From: Candidatus Yanofskybacteria bacterium
GTDB taxonomy: Bacteria; Patescibacteriota; Minisyncoccia; 2-02-FULL-40-12; GWA2-44-9
Assembly: GCA_003151795.1 (NCBI GenBank)
Contig: PLYL01000006.1
Coordinates: 1-54,300 of the forward strand
Length of the DNA stretch: 54,300 nt
Reading direction: 5' to 3'
Shown: positions 25,287 to 33,835 of the stretch, one piece after another
How the letters are laid out: every line of letters begins with the position of its first letter
Position numbering within the stretch: the first letter of the stretch is position 1
Made by a program: the position numbers and the translations under genes
The notes under the pieces: model-generated
What the model saw: the letters and a program-made list of their open reading frames with translations, nothing else
What the model was told of the DNA's origin: nothing
Databases searched by the model: none

Positions 25287-26552
25287 CTAAGAAATACTCT
25301 GTTTGATAAGTTTGTGAATCTTCGAAGCGTTGTTGTAGACAATGCGTCGGTCGCCGAGAATGGCAACGCGGAGGGCCAGATAGCCGTTCAGTTCGCCGCT
25401 CATGCCCGCGAAGTATTCGGGCTGGCTTTTTTGGAGCGAGAGGATTTTGCCTTCGTCGTGGTACGAAATATCTTCAGGGATGAATCGGCGTGTTGATAAT
25501 GTCGGAACCGCAAATACGGTATGAGCCGGAATATCGATAGCTTGAGCAATTTTTTCTTCGAGAACCTCAAGGGCTTGAGGCGAAGAATGTTTTATAATTT
25601 TATTGAAGAATTCTTTGGTCTCGCCAATGACTTTAATCTCCTTGCCCGCGAGACGCTCGCGAAATTGCGAGGTCTCAATCCGAAAGACCAAGCCCGTGCT
25701 GGGGAGATTGCGTTGCATGTAAGCCGTATACAAAAACTTCAAGCGTTCATCGGAATCCATATATATCTTAGCCAGGAGCTCGTGGTCGTTGAGCGTCCAG
25801 AGTTCGAGCGGATTGACACGGTGAATCGAAAGCCAGAGCATAATCATCTTCTGCAAAAACCTTTGGGCAATCAGCGAGGACTTGTGGAGATGGACTTCTT
25901 TGTACATATACAGATAGAGGCGCTGAATTTGTTTGGCCGATTCCAGAGACTTCTTATCGATTACCATTTCCCCTTTCAGGTACGTCAGATAATTAAATAC
26001 GCTTTCCAAATCCGGGCGCTGCCCGAAACCGGTGTGAAACACGTCCCGCTCAAGATAGTCGAGCTTATCCATGCCCAAATTTTTGTCCATGATGATTTTG
26101 GAAAGCGGGCTCTTGTGGGTGAATAGTTTTTTAATAAACGGCGCATCTCCGCCGGATTTTACAATTTCTTTTTTCATTTCGTCGATAATCTTCGCGCCGT
26201 TCTTGTCATGATTGTACGGCGTAAGCTCTTCAATCAAATGCGAGAATGGGCCGTGGCCGATATCGTGAAGCAGACCGAAGAGCGGAACGTTTTTGGCCTC
26301 AAAGCTCGTGAGAAATCCCTCCTCCAGCATTTTCGCGCAGAAACGCTTGGCTTTGCTGTACACGCCCAGCGCGTGCTCGAAGCGATTGTGCGACGCCCCA
26401 GGAAAAATAAAAATAGTCGTCCCGAGCTGGGAAACGTGCCGAAGCCGCTCAAACCTCGGATGATTGATAATCACCTCAATCGGCCGAATATCAATCGATT
26501 CCCCCGGCGGAATCCGAATATATTTTTTGTAGTATTTAGATGCCATGTCCAA
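25287..26552 (-). CDS. HD-domain dNTP triphosphohydrolase-like protein (dGTPase/SAMHD1-like)
   Basis: HNRFEHALGV and LLHDIGHGPFSH motifs. 421 aa. Confidence 0.7.
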   Translation of the reverse strand: MDMASKYYKKYIRIPPGESIDIRPIEVIINHPRFERLRHVSQLGTTIFIFPGASHNRFEHALGVYSKAKRFCAKMLEEGFLTSFEAKNVPLFGLLHDIGHGPFSHLIEELTPYNHDKNGAKIIDEMKKEIVKSGGDAPFIKKLFTHKSPLSKIIMDKNLGMDKLDYLERDVFHTGFGQRPDLESVFNYLTYLKGEMVIDKKSLESAKQIQRLYLYMYKEVHLHKSSLIAQRFLQKMIMLWLSIHRVNPLELWTLNDHELLAKIYMDSDERLKFLYTAYMQRNLPSTGLVFRIETSQFRERLAGKEIKVIGETKEFFNKIIKHSSPQALEVLEEKIAQAIDIPAHTVFAVPTLSTRRFIPEDISYHDEGKILSLQKSQPEYFAGMSGELNGYLALRVAILGDRRIVYNNASKIHKLIKQSIS

Positions 26553-26577
26553 AAGCTACCATATTCCATAAAAAACA

Positions 26578-26606
26578 AAAGCCGTCCGTGAGAAACGAAC
26601 GGCTTT
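26578..26606 (-). terminator. intrinsic terminator of the ATPase operon
   Basis: In - sense: AAAGCCGT, loop, ACGGCTTT, then TGTTTTTTA. Confidence 0.65.
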
Positions 26607-26621
26607 GAACAACGGAAGAGA

Positions 26622-28265
26622 CTATTTGGAACCGAGCGCTTCTTCGAGAATCCTCTTCAGTTCGGCGGTATCGATTTTTTTCTTGGGTCCGCGAGAATCG
26701 TTTTGGTTGGCCAATTTGTTTTTGGATTTCTGGCTGCGAAAATCAACGGTCGTAGCGACAGGGTTGCCATCCACGAGAGAATCAAGAGAGACGGCGGGTT
26801 TGGCTTCGTCTTTGGGTGGGGCGGGGGGGCGGGACAGCGGTTGCTGGAACCGAGGCGGATTATTAAGAGCTCGAGGACCCGTCTGCTGACGAGGCGGCCG
26901 AGAGCCTTGATAGCCACCGCGTGACGGACCGTAATCTCCCGGCGGACGGCGGTCACGGGGCGGCGAGGCCGGTTCAATCGGGGTCGCCCACTGGGCGACG
27001 TCTTTCTCTACGTCGTCTCGGTCGGAGGCATAGTGCGCGCGCGAATAGGCGATGACTTCGTCCTGGTGGGATTCTTCCATCGCCGTCAAGGAATCGCTGG
27101 TCCGGGCGGAAAAACCTTTGGACGTAATGCCGTCAACCATCAATTTAATGTACATCTCGCGCTTGCCGAGGTTGACGATATCGGCGGCCATGAAATCCGG
27201 CGCGTACCATTTTTCCAAAAACTCGGCGTCTTCCGCGCCGACCCGGAAAGTCACCAGCGTGCCGACGTTGCCGAAGACAGCATCCCGGACCTCTTCTTCC
27301 ATTTGGGTGATGTACTGGTGAGCCACGACCAGATTCAAGTGGTATTTGCGGGCTTCCGATAGAATATTAGCGAACGATTCGGTCGCAAAATTCTGAAACT
27401 CGTCGACGTAGAGGTAGAAATCGCGGCGTTCCGGTTCCGGCGTATCGACGCGGGACATGGCGGCCAGCTGAATCTTGGTAATCAGCAAGGCGCCGAGGAG
27501 GCGCGAGGCGTCCTCGCCGATGGCGCCTTTGGATAAGTTGACGATGAGAATCTTGCCCTCATCCATGATTTTGCGGATATCGAGCTTGGAATGAACCTGG
27601 CCGATGATATTGCGGATGACGTTGTTGGATGAGAATTGGCCGACTTTGTTTTGAATAGCGGCCGTCGCTTCGCTCGCGAATTTATCCGAGTACTTCGCGA
27701 ATTCTTCGGTCCAGAAGGCTTTGACAATCGGGTCTTTCAAATTATCGACGACTTTCCTGCGATATTCTTTGGACGCCATCAAGCGGTTAATCCCCAAAAG
27801 GGTCGAGTCCGGATATTCAAGCAAAGCGAGAATCGTATTGTTTAAAATGTATTCCATTCGGCCGGACCAGGCCTCCACGCCCCAGAGTTTTTTAAACACG
27901 CCCAAAAGTCCCGACGCAATCAAGTGGCGATATTCGTATTCGACTTTTTCCAGCACGTTAAACGCAATCGGATTGGTCAGGTCGCTCGGGTCAAAATAGA
28001 TGACGTCCTTGATGCGGTGCTCGGGTATAAAATTAATCAAAGCTTGAGCCCCGTCGCCGTGGGGATCAAAATAAGCCAGCCCGCGGCCCTCTTCGATATC
28101 CTGGATGGCCATGTTTTTCAAAAACTCGGACTTGCCCATGCCGGTCGAACCGACCACGTACATGTGCCGGCGCCGGTCGTCGGTCTTAATGCCAAAACGC
28201 TTCTTCTCGTTTCGGAAGTTTGTCTCGCCCAGAATAAGAATTTGATTGTCCGTTGGTAATGCCAT
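26622..28265 (-). CDS. VirD4/TraD-like (type IV coupling protein-like) P-loop ATPase with a low-complexity Pro/Arg/Gly tail
   Basis: Walker A (VVGSTGMGKS), Walker B (FYLYVDEFQNF) and VVAHQY. The C-terminal roughly 110 aa are rich in P/R/G/Q. Confidence 0.6.
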   Translation of the reverse strand: MALPTDNQILILGETNFRNEKKRFGIKTDDRRRHMYVVGSTGMGKSEFLKNMAIQDIEEGRGLAYFDPHGDGAQALINFIPEHRIKDVIYFDPSDLTNPIAFNVLEKVEYEYRHLIASGLLGVFKKLWGVEAWSGRMEYILNNTILALLEYPDSTLLGINRLMASKEYRRKVVDNLKDPIVKAFWTEEFAKYSDKFASEATAAIQNKVGQFSSNNVIRNIIGQVHSKLDIRKIMDEGKILIVNLSKGAIGEDASRLLGALLITKIQLAAMSRVDTPEPERRDFYLYVDEFQNFATESFANILSEARKYHLNLVVAHQYITQMEEEVRDAVFGNVGTLVTFRVGAEDAEFLEKWYAPDFMAADIVNLGKREMYIKLMVDGITSKGFSARTSDSLTAMEESHQDEVIAYSRAHYASDRDDVEKDVAQWATPIEPASPPRDRRPPGDYGPSRGGYQGSRPPRQQTGPRALNNPPRFQQPLSRPPAPPKDEAKPAVSLDSLVDGNPVATTVDFRSQKSKNKLANQNDSRGPKKKIDTAELKRILEEALGSK

Positions 28266-28267
28266 GG

Positions 28268-29575
28268 TTAAACAGTTGGAATTCCGGCCGGGGCTTCGCC
28301 TTTCTTGGTTTCGATGCGGGGCAAGGATGGCGTCTTCACGCCGACGTCGGGCACATGAAATATGGTCGTCAATTCTTCGGTATTCAAAACCAAAGGCTTA
28401 TCGGGGAAGGCGCGTTCTCGATAGCGTTTATATATTTTTTTCTTATTTTTTAAGGCTCGAACGGCTTTATTGAAGCCCTTGGTGATATCAGTCGAAATGC
28501 CCGGCTTGAAACCATTGAGAGCCTGAGTGGCGAATTGTTTGAACGCGCCGGCGACACTGCGCATCCGACCGTCGTCATATTTATCGAGCGGAGCGATATA
28601 AACCATCCGAATGCCGGCTTCAAAGGCTAGTTTGGCCGTGCCTTTTTCAATTGTTTTAACTATCTCCTGAATGCCAGGGTTGAGTTGATTGAATGGTTTG
28701 TCTTCTTTCTTTTTTTCTTCCTTTTTATCTTTTGGTTCGGCCGGCTCATAAATCGCGCCGGCGACGGAGCGGGCGCCGCCCTCAATGCCGGCAAAGACCG
28801 AATCGGCAAAATTTGTCTTTTTCTTTTCTTCTCGGCCCATCAGCTTGTCCACGGCCGGCTGGCCCTTTTTAACCCAGGCGTCCCCGGTCGAGCGGGCCAA
28901 AATCTGGATTCCGAAAAATTCCGAGAGACCCAGCGCGCCCAAAGTCTCGGCAATCGGGGCCAAAGGGTCAATCCGGCGGACGTCGTCTTTACCGGCGCCT
29001 TCTTCCTCAAATTCCGGATAGGTCTTGATGGGGAAAATATCTTCTTTGATGAAGACCAATTCGAGGGCGTTGACATTGACCTCGCCGTAAGACAGCGCGG
29101 CCGGAAAACGCGACATGTAATCCGCCACTGGCGTTAATTCCGATTCGGGATATTGGGCGTAAACCTGGGCTTCGACCAAACTTTTATACTTCTCGATGGC
29201 TCGAATGTAAAAATGAATCTCTCCGCCCGAACCGACCATTTCCAGCGCGAGCCAGTCCGGCACCTTGCCTTTAAAGAAGGCGTCCCGCCATTTTTTATAT
29301 TTTTCCCAGAGATTTTTGGCGGGCGACGATTGCCCGACGACGTGAAAGCCGGCGAAAATCTGCTCCATCGCCTTTAAGCTCTTATGGGCGTCAATGGGAA
29401 TCTTGAGCTCATAAGTAATCCACTTCAATCCGGCCTTGTAGACTTTTTTATTGTATTCCTTAAGCGCTTCCGCGTAGACGAAAATGAGGATGATGGGCGC
29501 CCAAAGCCACCAGTAGGCAAACATGAAACCCAAAGCCGTCCAAGTCGAGCCCAGGGTGTTTAGGATTGGATCCAT
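28268..29575 (-). CDS. membrane-anchored hypothetical protein, operon partner of the ATPase
   Basis: 435 aa starting at ATG 29575, with an N-terminal TM segment and a KKEEKKKEDK linker. Its stop lies 2 nt before the ATPase start. Confidence 0.5.
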   Translation of the reverse strand: MDPILNTLGSTWTALGFMFAYWWLWAPIILIFVYAEALKEYNKKVYKAGLKWITYELKIPIDAHKSLKAMEQIFAGFHVVGQSSPAKNLWEKYKKWRDAFFKGKVPDWLALEMVGSGGEIHFYIRAIEKYKSLVEAQVYAQYPESELTPVADYMSRFPAALSYGEVNVNALELVFIKEDIFPIKTYPEFEEEGAGKDDVRRIDPLAPIAETLGALGLSEFFGIQILARSTGDAWVKKGQPAVDKLMGREEKKKTNFADSVFAGIEGGARSVAGAIYEPAEPKDKKEEKKKEDKPFNQLNPGIQEIVKTIEKGTAKLAFEAGIRMVYIAPLDKYDDGRMRSVAGAFKQFATQALNGFKPGISTDITKGFNKAVRALKNKKKIYKRYRERAFPDKPLVLNTEELTTIFHVPDVGVKTPSLPRIETKKGEAPAGIPTV

Positions 29576-29710
29576 CCCGCACTTAACGAGCATCTGGCTT
29601 CTAGTCTCGCTCATCGTCTATGACGATATGCGCGCCAATGCTTATTATATTATATACAATATCTGGATACGCCATCACTTTAGAGACTAATGCTCGCTTA
29701 AGTGCGGGAT
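29574..29710 (-). repeat. type-1 palindromic element, copy 3 (137 nt, diverged)
   Basis: Arms 29574-29593 and 29690-29710 pair with one bulge. A second stem is TAGTCTC (29602-29608) / GAGACTA (29683-29689). The element ends at the ATG (29575-29573). Confidence 0.8.
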
Positions 29711-29748
29711 CCATTATGCTATTAGTATACTCCTTCCTAACATTACAT

Positions 29749-29775
29749 CAAAAGAGGCCTGGCGGGCCTCTTTTG
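29749..29775. terminator. hairpin terminator downstream of ORF 29785-30849
   Basis: CAAAAGAGGCC, a 5-nt loop, GGCCTCTTTTG. Confidence 0.6.
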
Positions 29776-29784
29776 ATGTGGAAG

Positions 29785-30849
29785 TTATTTCTTGAGATTA
29801 TAGGTGCCGTCAGGATTCTTCGTAAAAGTTTTGGAATCCTGAAGATTGAGCAAGATGGTATTTTCTTTGACCATGCGGGCGTCTTTGACTTTGGCCATCA
29901 GCGCGGCTTTCGCGAGAGGCTTATTCGAGGATTTGAGAATATCGACGAGCACGTCTTTGACGGTCCCGGCGCGATAACCCCATTCGGATAAGGCGTACAT
30001 TCCGCGGCCGACGAGGATAAAGCGGTCGTCTTTGATTAATTCATTATGGACGGTCTGGATGTTGGCTTTCTTATTATTGAAGCCGGAGGCGTTAATCAGG
30101 GACGCGATATCGCTGAAGTGCTGGGGCTTGGTGGATTTCTTAAGGACCAAGAAGGCTTTATCGCGGACGCCCTTGGGTTTGATTTCGGACCAGGAAGCCA
30201 AGCCGACTTCGTTGAAGATATTAGTGCCTAGATTCTTAGAAACGGCCATCACGAGATTAATGTCGGCTTCTGACAGCGGCTTCCCGCTCGTCGAAAAACT
30301 CGGCACGGCGTGTTTCTGGGCCAAGAAAGCAAAATCGGAATTAGAAACGACGCGGCCGGCTTTTTCCAGAACTTTGATTAAAGAATCGGTCGTCGCGGTG
30401 AAGGAAGCCAGGGTCGCGTTATCGACGGCCCAGAAAGAATTGAAATCATCGTTCTCCGGAGAACGGGCCAGCTCGTTGCTCAAGGTTAAAAGAAAGACCA
30501 GCGAACTGTTATTGATACTGTCGCTATCGCTGCCGCTGAAAGATTTGAAAAGGTCGCGCTCTTTGATGACGCCGCCGCGTTCATTCAAAATATCGCGGGC
30601 CAAAACGATGTAGCGCTTCACGTCCGGATGGCCGGCGGCGGCGAGACGGAGCTGGGCCAGGGTTGATTCCTCAATCTGGCGGACGCGTTCGCGGGTAATG
30701 CTGTAGGAAGCGCCGATGGACTCCAGGGTTTCTTTCTGGCCTGTTTTCAAGCCAAAACGGCGGGAGATGATGTCCTTATTGCGAGCCGAGGTGTTCTTAA
30801 GCAAATCGGCGACGGTTTTTTTGATATTGACTGATGTATTGGTGGCCAT
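29785..30849 (-). CDS. DNA-binding protein with an N-terminal sigma-70 region-4 HTH and a C-terminal HARE-HTH-like domain
   Basis: LESIGASYSITRERVRQIEESTLAQLR matches region 4. HFSDIASLI...VHNELIKDDRFILVGRGMYALSEWGY is HARE-HTH/delta-like. Confidence 0.55.
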   Translation of the reverse strand: MATNTSVNIKKTVADLLKNTSARNKDIISRRFGLKTGQKETLESIGASYSITRERVRQIEESTLAQLRLAAAGHPDVKRYIVLARDILNERGGVIKERDLFKSFSGSDSDSINNSSLVFLLTLSNELARSPENDDFNSFWAVDNATLASFTATTDSLIKVLEKAGRVVSNSDFAFLAQKHAVPSFSTSGKPLSEADINLVMAVSKNLGTNIFNEVGLASWSEIKPKGVRDKAFLVLKKSTKPQHFSDIASLINASGFNNKKANIQTVHNELIKDDRFILVGRGMYALSEWGYRAGTVKDVLVDILKSSNKPLAKAALMAKVKDARMVKENTILLNLQDSKTFTKNPDGTYNLKK

Positions 30850-30897
30850 AATTGGTTCTATCCCTAGGTTTTCGACGCCTTAAGATATGATTAATGA

Positions 30898-30926
30898 ATT
30901 ATATAACATTTATAAAAATACGTCAA
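30898..30926 (-). promoter_or_regulatory. near-consensus promoter of ORF 29785-30849
   Basis: In - sense: TTGACG, 17-nt spacer, TATAAT. Confidence 0.6.
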
Positions 30927-30940
30927 CTACCTTATCCACT

Positions 30941-31822
30941 TTAGCCCTGTTTGGTCCACCAGACCAATAACGGCGCAGCCACGAAAATCGATGAATACGC
31001 GCCCAAGAAAATACCAATAATCAGAGCCAAAGAAAAGTACTTAATGCTTTCCCCGCCAAAAAAGTAAATCGCGAACAGCGACAGAAGCACGGTGAAAACG
31101 GTATTCAAGGAACGGGCCAAAGTCTGCATGACACTGCGATGCACCAGCGCGCCGAATTGGGCTTTGCTCCCCCCGCGGATGATATTTTCCCGAACGCGGT
31201 CGAAAATCACGACGGTATCCGACACCGAGTAGCCGAGAATCGTCAGGGCCGCGGCCACGAACACGCCCGTAATTTCAATGCCGTAGAAATGCCCCAGCAC
31301 CGCGAACACGCCCACCGGAATCGAGACGTCGTGGACGAGCGCGATAATCGCCGCCAGACCCATCGCCCAGGGCGAGGTCGTTCGGCCGATCTTTCTAAAG
31401 ACAAAAGCAATGTACAAGATAACAAAGAAAAGGACAAGGAGAATGGCGATGATACTTTTTTGTTTTAATTCATTGCCGAGAACCGGCCCGACCGAGCTGA
31501 ACTGTTTTTCCTGCAAGCCCGCGCTGGGAAAGGCGGCCGTAAGGGCTGTGAGCGCGTCTTGGTGCTGAACTTCGGTTAATTCATGGGCTCGGACAATCAA
31601 GCCCGCGTCCCCTTCGGAGCTTAATTCGACATCGCCAATTTTGGGCGTTAGGACTTTTTGAATCTGAACGATATCCGGCCGTTTATTAAAGCTTAATTCA
31701 AGGACGCTCCCGCCTTTGAAATCGACGCCCAATTTCAAACCGAAGACGCCGACGGCGATAATCGACAACACGACCAGGGAGATCGAGAACCAGAACATTA
31801 ATTTGTAGACTTTTGGAAGCAT
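30941..31822 (-). CDS. secF: protein translocase subunit SecF
   Basis: SecF topology and motifs. It lies directly after secD. I chose the ATG at 31822 to avoid overlapping the secD stop at 31831. Confidence 0.85.
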   Translation of the reverse strand: MLPKVYKLMFWFSISLVVLSIIAVGVFGLKLGVDFKGGSVLELSFNKRPDIVQIQKVLTPKIGDVELSSEGDAGLIVRAHELTEVQHQDALTALTAAFPSAGLQEKQFSSVGPVLGNELKQKSIIAILLVLFFVILYIAFVFRKIGRTTSPWAMGLAAIIALVHDVSIPVGVFAVLGHFYGIEITGVFVAAALTILGYSVSDTVVIFDRVRENIIRGGSKAQFGALVHRSVMQTLARSLNTVFTVLLSLFAIYFFGGESIKYFSLALIIGIFLGAYSSIFVAAPLLVWWTKQG

Positions 31823-31830
31823 TGTAAATT

Positions 31831-33219
31831 TTACCGGAATAGCCATTGCTTGCGCTCGAACCATTTGGTGGCAACCAGATTCAAGAACGTGCGGGTCACC
31901 ATCGTGGCGGTGAACAGACTGGTCAGGACGCCGATGCCGAGAGTCAGGGCAAAACCTTTGACGATTGAGCTCGTGGTCGCGTAGAGCACCACCGCGCCGA
32001 TGAGCGTCGTCACGTGGCTGTCCCGAACCGACAACCAGGCGCGCGAAAAGCCCTCGTGCATGGCCACGTGCAAGGACTTGCCTCCGGCGAGTTCTTCTTT
32101 CATGCGCGCGAAAATCAGAATATTGGCGTCTACCGCCATCCCCAGCGACAGAATAAATCCGGCGATGCCGGCCAGGGTCAGCGTGACGGGAATTAATTTA
32201 TACAAAGAAAGTACAATCAGGACATAGATAAGCAAAGCTATAACCGAAATGACCCCCGGCAAACGATAAAATAAGATCATAAAAAGTGCCACGAAAATCA
32301 AGCCGTAGACGCCGGCTTTCAAACTGCGAGCCAAAGAATCCTGACCGAGACTGGCGCCAATCGTCTGCTGGCTGACCAACGCAATCGGCACCGGCAGAGC
32401 GCCGGAATTCAAGCGCTCGACCAGGGTCTTAGCTTCGTCGGGCGTGAAGTTGCCGCTGATAACGGCGTGACCGTCGGTAATGGCGCTCTGGACGGTCGGG
32501 GTTGAGATGGGCAGGCCATCCAGATAAATCGCGACGGTCTTACCCAGGTTGGCTTGGGTAATCTCGCCGAATAGTTTGGCGCCTTGCGCGTTTAGTTCCA
32601 GACTGACTTGGGGAGACAGAGATTGATTATTAAAAGATACTTGGGCAGTACTTAAACCGGAACCGTTCAAACCCGAAGACTGATAGCATGGGTCAACTTT
32701 AAAGGCGAGCAGGAATTGATTTAAAGTCGCGGCATTCGCCGGCGCGCAGAGAACCGCCGCGGTCAGGCCTTGAGCCTTGGCCCCGAGCACTTGCTTGATA
32801 ATGGCGTCGCCTTGGGCGGTCGGGAGGATGGTTTTAAATTCGAGGAATGGCGTCTGACCAATCAACTGAATGGCTTGGTTCACGTCATGGATGCCGGCCA
32901 AATCGACAATTAAACGATCAGTGCCCGAAATCTGAACCACGGGCTCCGAAACGCCGAATAAATTCACCCGCCGCTCGACGACGTCGCGCACGCCCTGCAT
33001 CGCGTCGCCCGCCGAACCGGCTACCTTGGAAAGATCAGCCTGATAAATAAGATGCGTACCGCCCAAAAGATCCAAACCCAAATGAAAAGCGGGCGCGGAA
33101 ATATTAACTTTCGGGATGTGGAGTTTTTGAGCCGCTTTGTTTATCCATTGCGGGGCCACAAAAGCCAAAAGAAGAAGTGAACCGAGAATAGTTGCGATTA
33201 GGAATAAATTTTTCCGCAT
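31831..33219 (-). CDS. secD: protein translocase subunit SecD
   Basis: 462 aa with a periplasmic P1 domain and a C-terminal 6-TM SecD/RND-like block. Confidence 0.85.
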   Translation of the reverse strand: MRKNLFLIATILGSLLLLAFVAPQWINKAAQKLHIPKVNISAPAFHLGLDLLGGTHLIYQADLSKVAGSAGDAMQGVRDVVERRVNLFGVSEPVVQISGTDRLIVDLAGIHDVNQAIQLIGQTPFLEFKTILPTAQGDAIIKQVLGAKAQGLTAAVLCAPANAATLNQFLLAFKVDPCYQSSGLNGSGLSTAQVSFNNQSLSPQVSLELNAQGAKLFGEITQANLGKTVAIYLDGLPISTPTVQSAITDGHAVISGNFTPDEAKTLVERLNSGALPVPIALVSQQTIGASLGQDSLARSLKAGVYGLIFVALFMILFYRLPGVISVIALLIYVLIVLSLYKLIPVTLTLAGIAGFILSLGMAVDANILIFARMKEELAGGKSLHVAMHEGFSRAWLSVRDSHVTTLIGAVVLYATTSSIVKGFALTLGIGVLTSLFTATMVTRTFLNLVATKWFERKQWLFR

Positions 33220-33242
33220 ATTTATAGTAGATAAGATTTAAC

Positions 33243-33312
33243 ATGCCGAGTAGTGTAAGTCAAGCGTTTGCTAAATTGCCGAAGGCAACTTGACTTTCTA
33301 CTACTCGGGCAT
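33243..33312 (-). repeat. 70-nt imperfect palindrome upstream of secD
   Basis: ATGCCGAGTAGTGTAAGTCAAG (33243-33264) pairs with CTTGACTTTCTACTACTCGGGCAT (33289-33312). The apical part forms TTGCC-UUCG-GCAA in - sense. Confidence 0.7.
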
Positions 33313-33356
33313 AGTGGATTTTTTATGTCAATCACTCTCGCTTAATTTTTCCATTC

Positions 33357-33385
33357 TTTACATGATTAGCCATCTATTGTATACT
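33357..33385 (+). promoter_or_regulatory. promoter P1 (paralogous to P2)
   Basis: TTTACA, 17-nt spacer (ending TTG), TATACT. The 5' UTR contains ATGGGTAGGGAGGCC. Confidence 0.6.
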
Positions 33386-33415
33386 ACTTGCATGGGTAGG
33401 GAGGCCCTTTGCACA

Positions 33416-33658
33416 ATGGCCATCGGGACTCTTAAAAAAGATAGGCCACAAAAAGAACCGCCACATTCGAAACCGCCAAAGAAGAGAAAAATCTTGCGCC
33501 GATACATCGGCGCGTGGAAAGTGAGATTCAGTTGCGGTGAGACCGACTATCATCCGGAGGCGGCATCAAATCAAATCGGTGAACTGGCTTGTAATGTTCA
33601 TCGGCTCAGCCACCCACGCTGTCACCCGACATACTTCACTCGCAGATTCAGCCAGTAA
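33416..33658 (+). CDS. small basic Cys/His-containing ORF (80 aa); coding status uncertain
   Basis: An AGGGAGG SD lies upstream of ATG 33416. Sequence: MAIGTLKKDRPQKEPPHSKPPKKRKILRRYIGAWKVRFSCGETDYHPEAASNQIGELACNVHRLSHPRCHPTYFTRRFSQ. It is followed by the same 3' box as the next gene. Confidence 0.35.
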   Translation: MAIGTLKKDRPQKEPPHSKPPKKRKILRRYIGAWKVRFSCGETDYHPEAASNQIGELACNVHRLSHPRCHPTYFTRRFSQ

Positions 33659-33659
33659 C

Positions 33660-33715
33660 GCCCGCGACGGCGCGCACCAAACGAGGTGCCCGTCGGACGC
33701 GGGCACTTTGTTTTT
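33660..33715 (+). terminator. conserved 18-nt 3' box plus intrinsic terminator (copy 1)
   Basis: GCCCGCGACGGCGCGCAC (33660-33677), then GTGCCCG, a 7-nt loop, CGGGCAC and TTTGTTTTT. Confidence 0.7.
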
Positions 33716-33759
33716 ATCTGTGCTCAAAAGTGTCCGTACGGACACTTTTGAGCACAGAT
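33716..33759. promoter_or_regulatory. perfect 44-bp palindrome (operator-like or cruciform)
   Basis: ATCTGTGCTCAAAAGTGTCCGT (33716-33737) is the exact reverse complement of ACGGACACTTTTGAGCACAGAT (33738-33759). Confidence 0.8.
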
Positions 33760-33779
33760 CAATCGAGAGATTCTTTTTC

Positions 33780-33808
33780 TTTACTTATTTACTTAAATAT
33801 TGTATAGT
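33780..33808 (+). promoter_or_regulatory. promoter P2 (paralogous to P1)
   Basis: TTTACT, 17-nt spacer (ending TTG), TATAGT. The 5' UTR contains ATGGCTCAGGGAGGCC. Confidence 0.6.
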
Positions 33809-33835
33809 ATTCTATGGCTCAGGGAGGCCTAAGGT

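Noticed and set aside
25214-30849. An integrative or conjugative element might be inserted at tRNA-Lys, given the tRNA followed by the HD gene, the VirD4-like ATPase and an HTH protein.
   Set aside because: There is no integrase or relaxase. I could find no direct repeat of the tRNA 3' end downstream, and the gene composition resembles the backbone.
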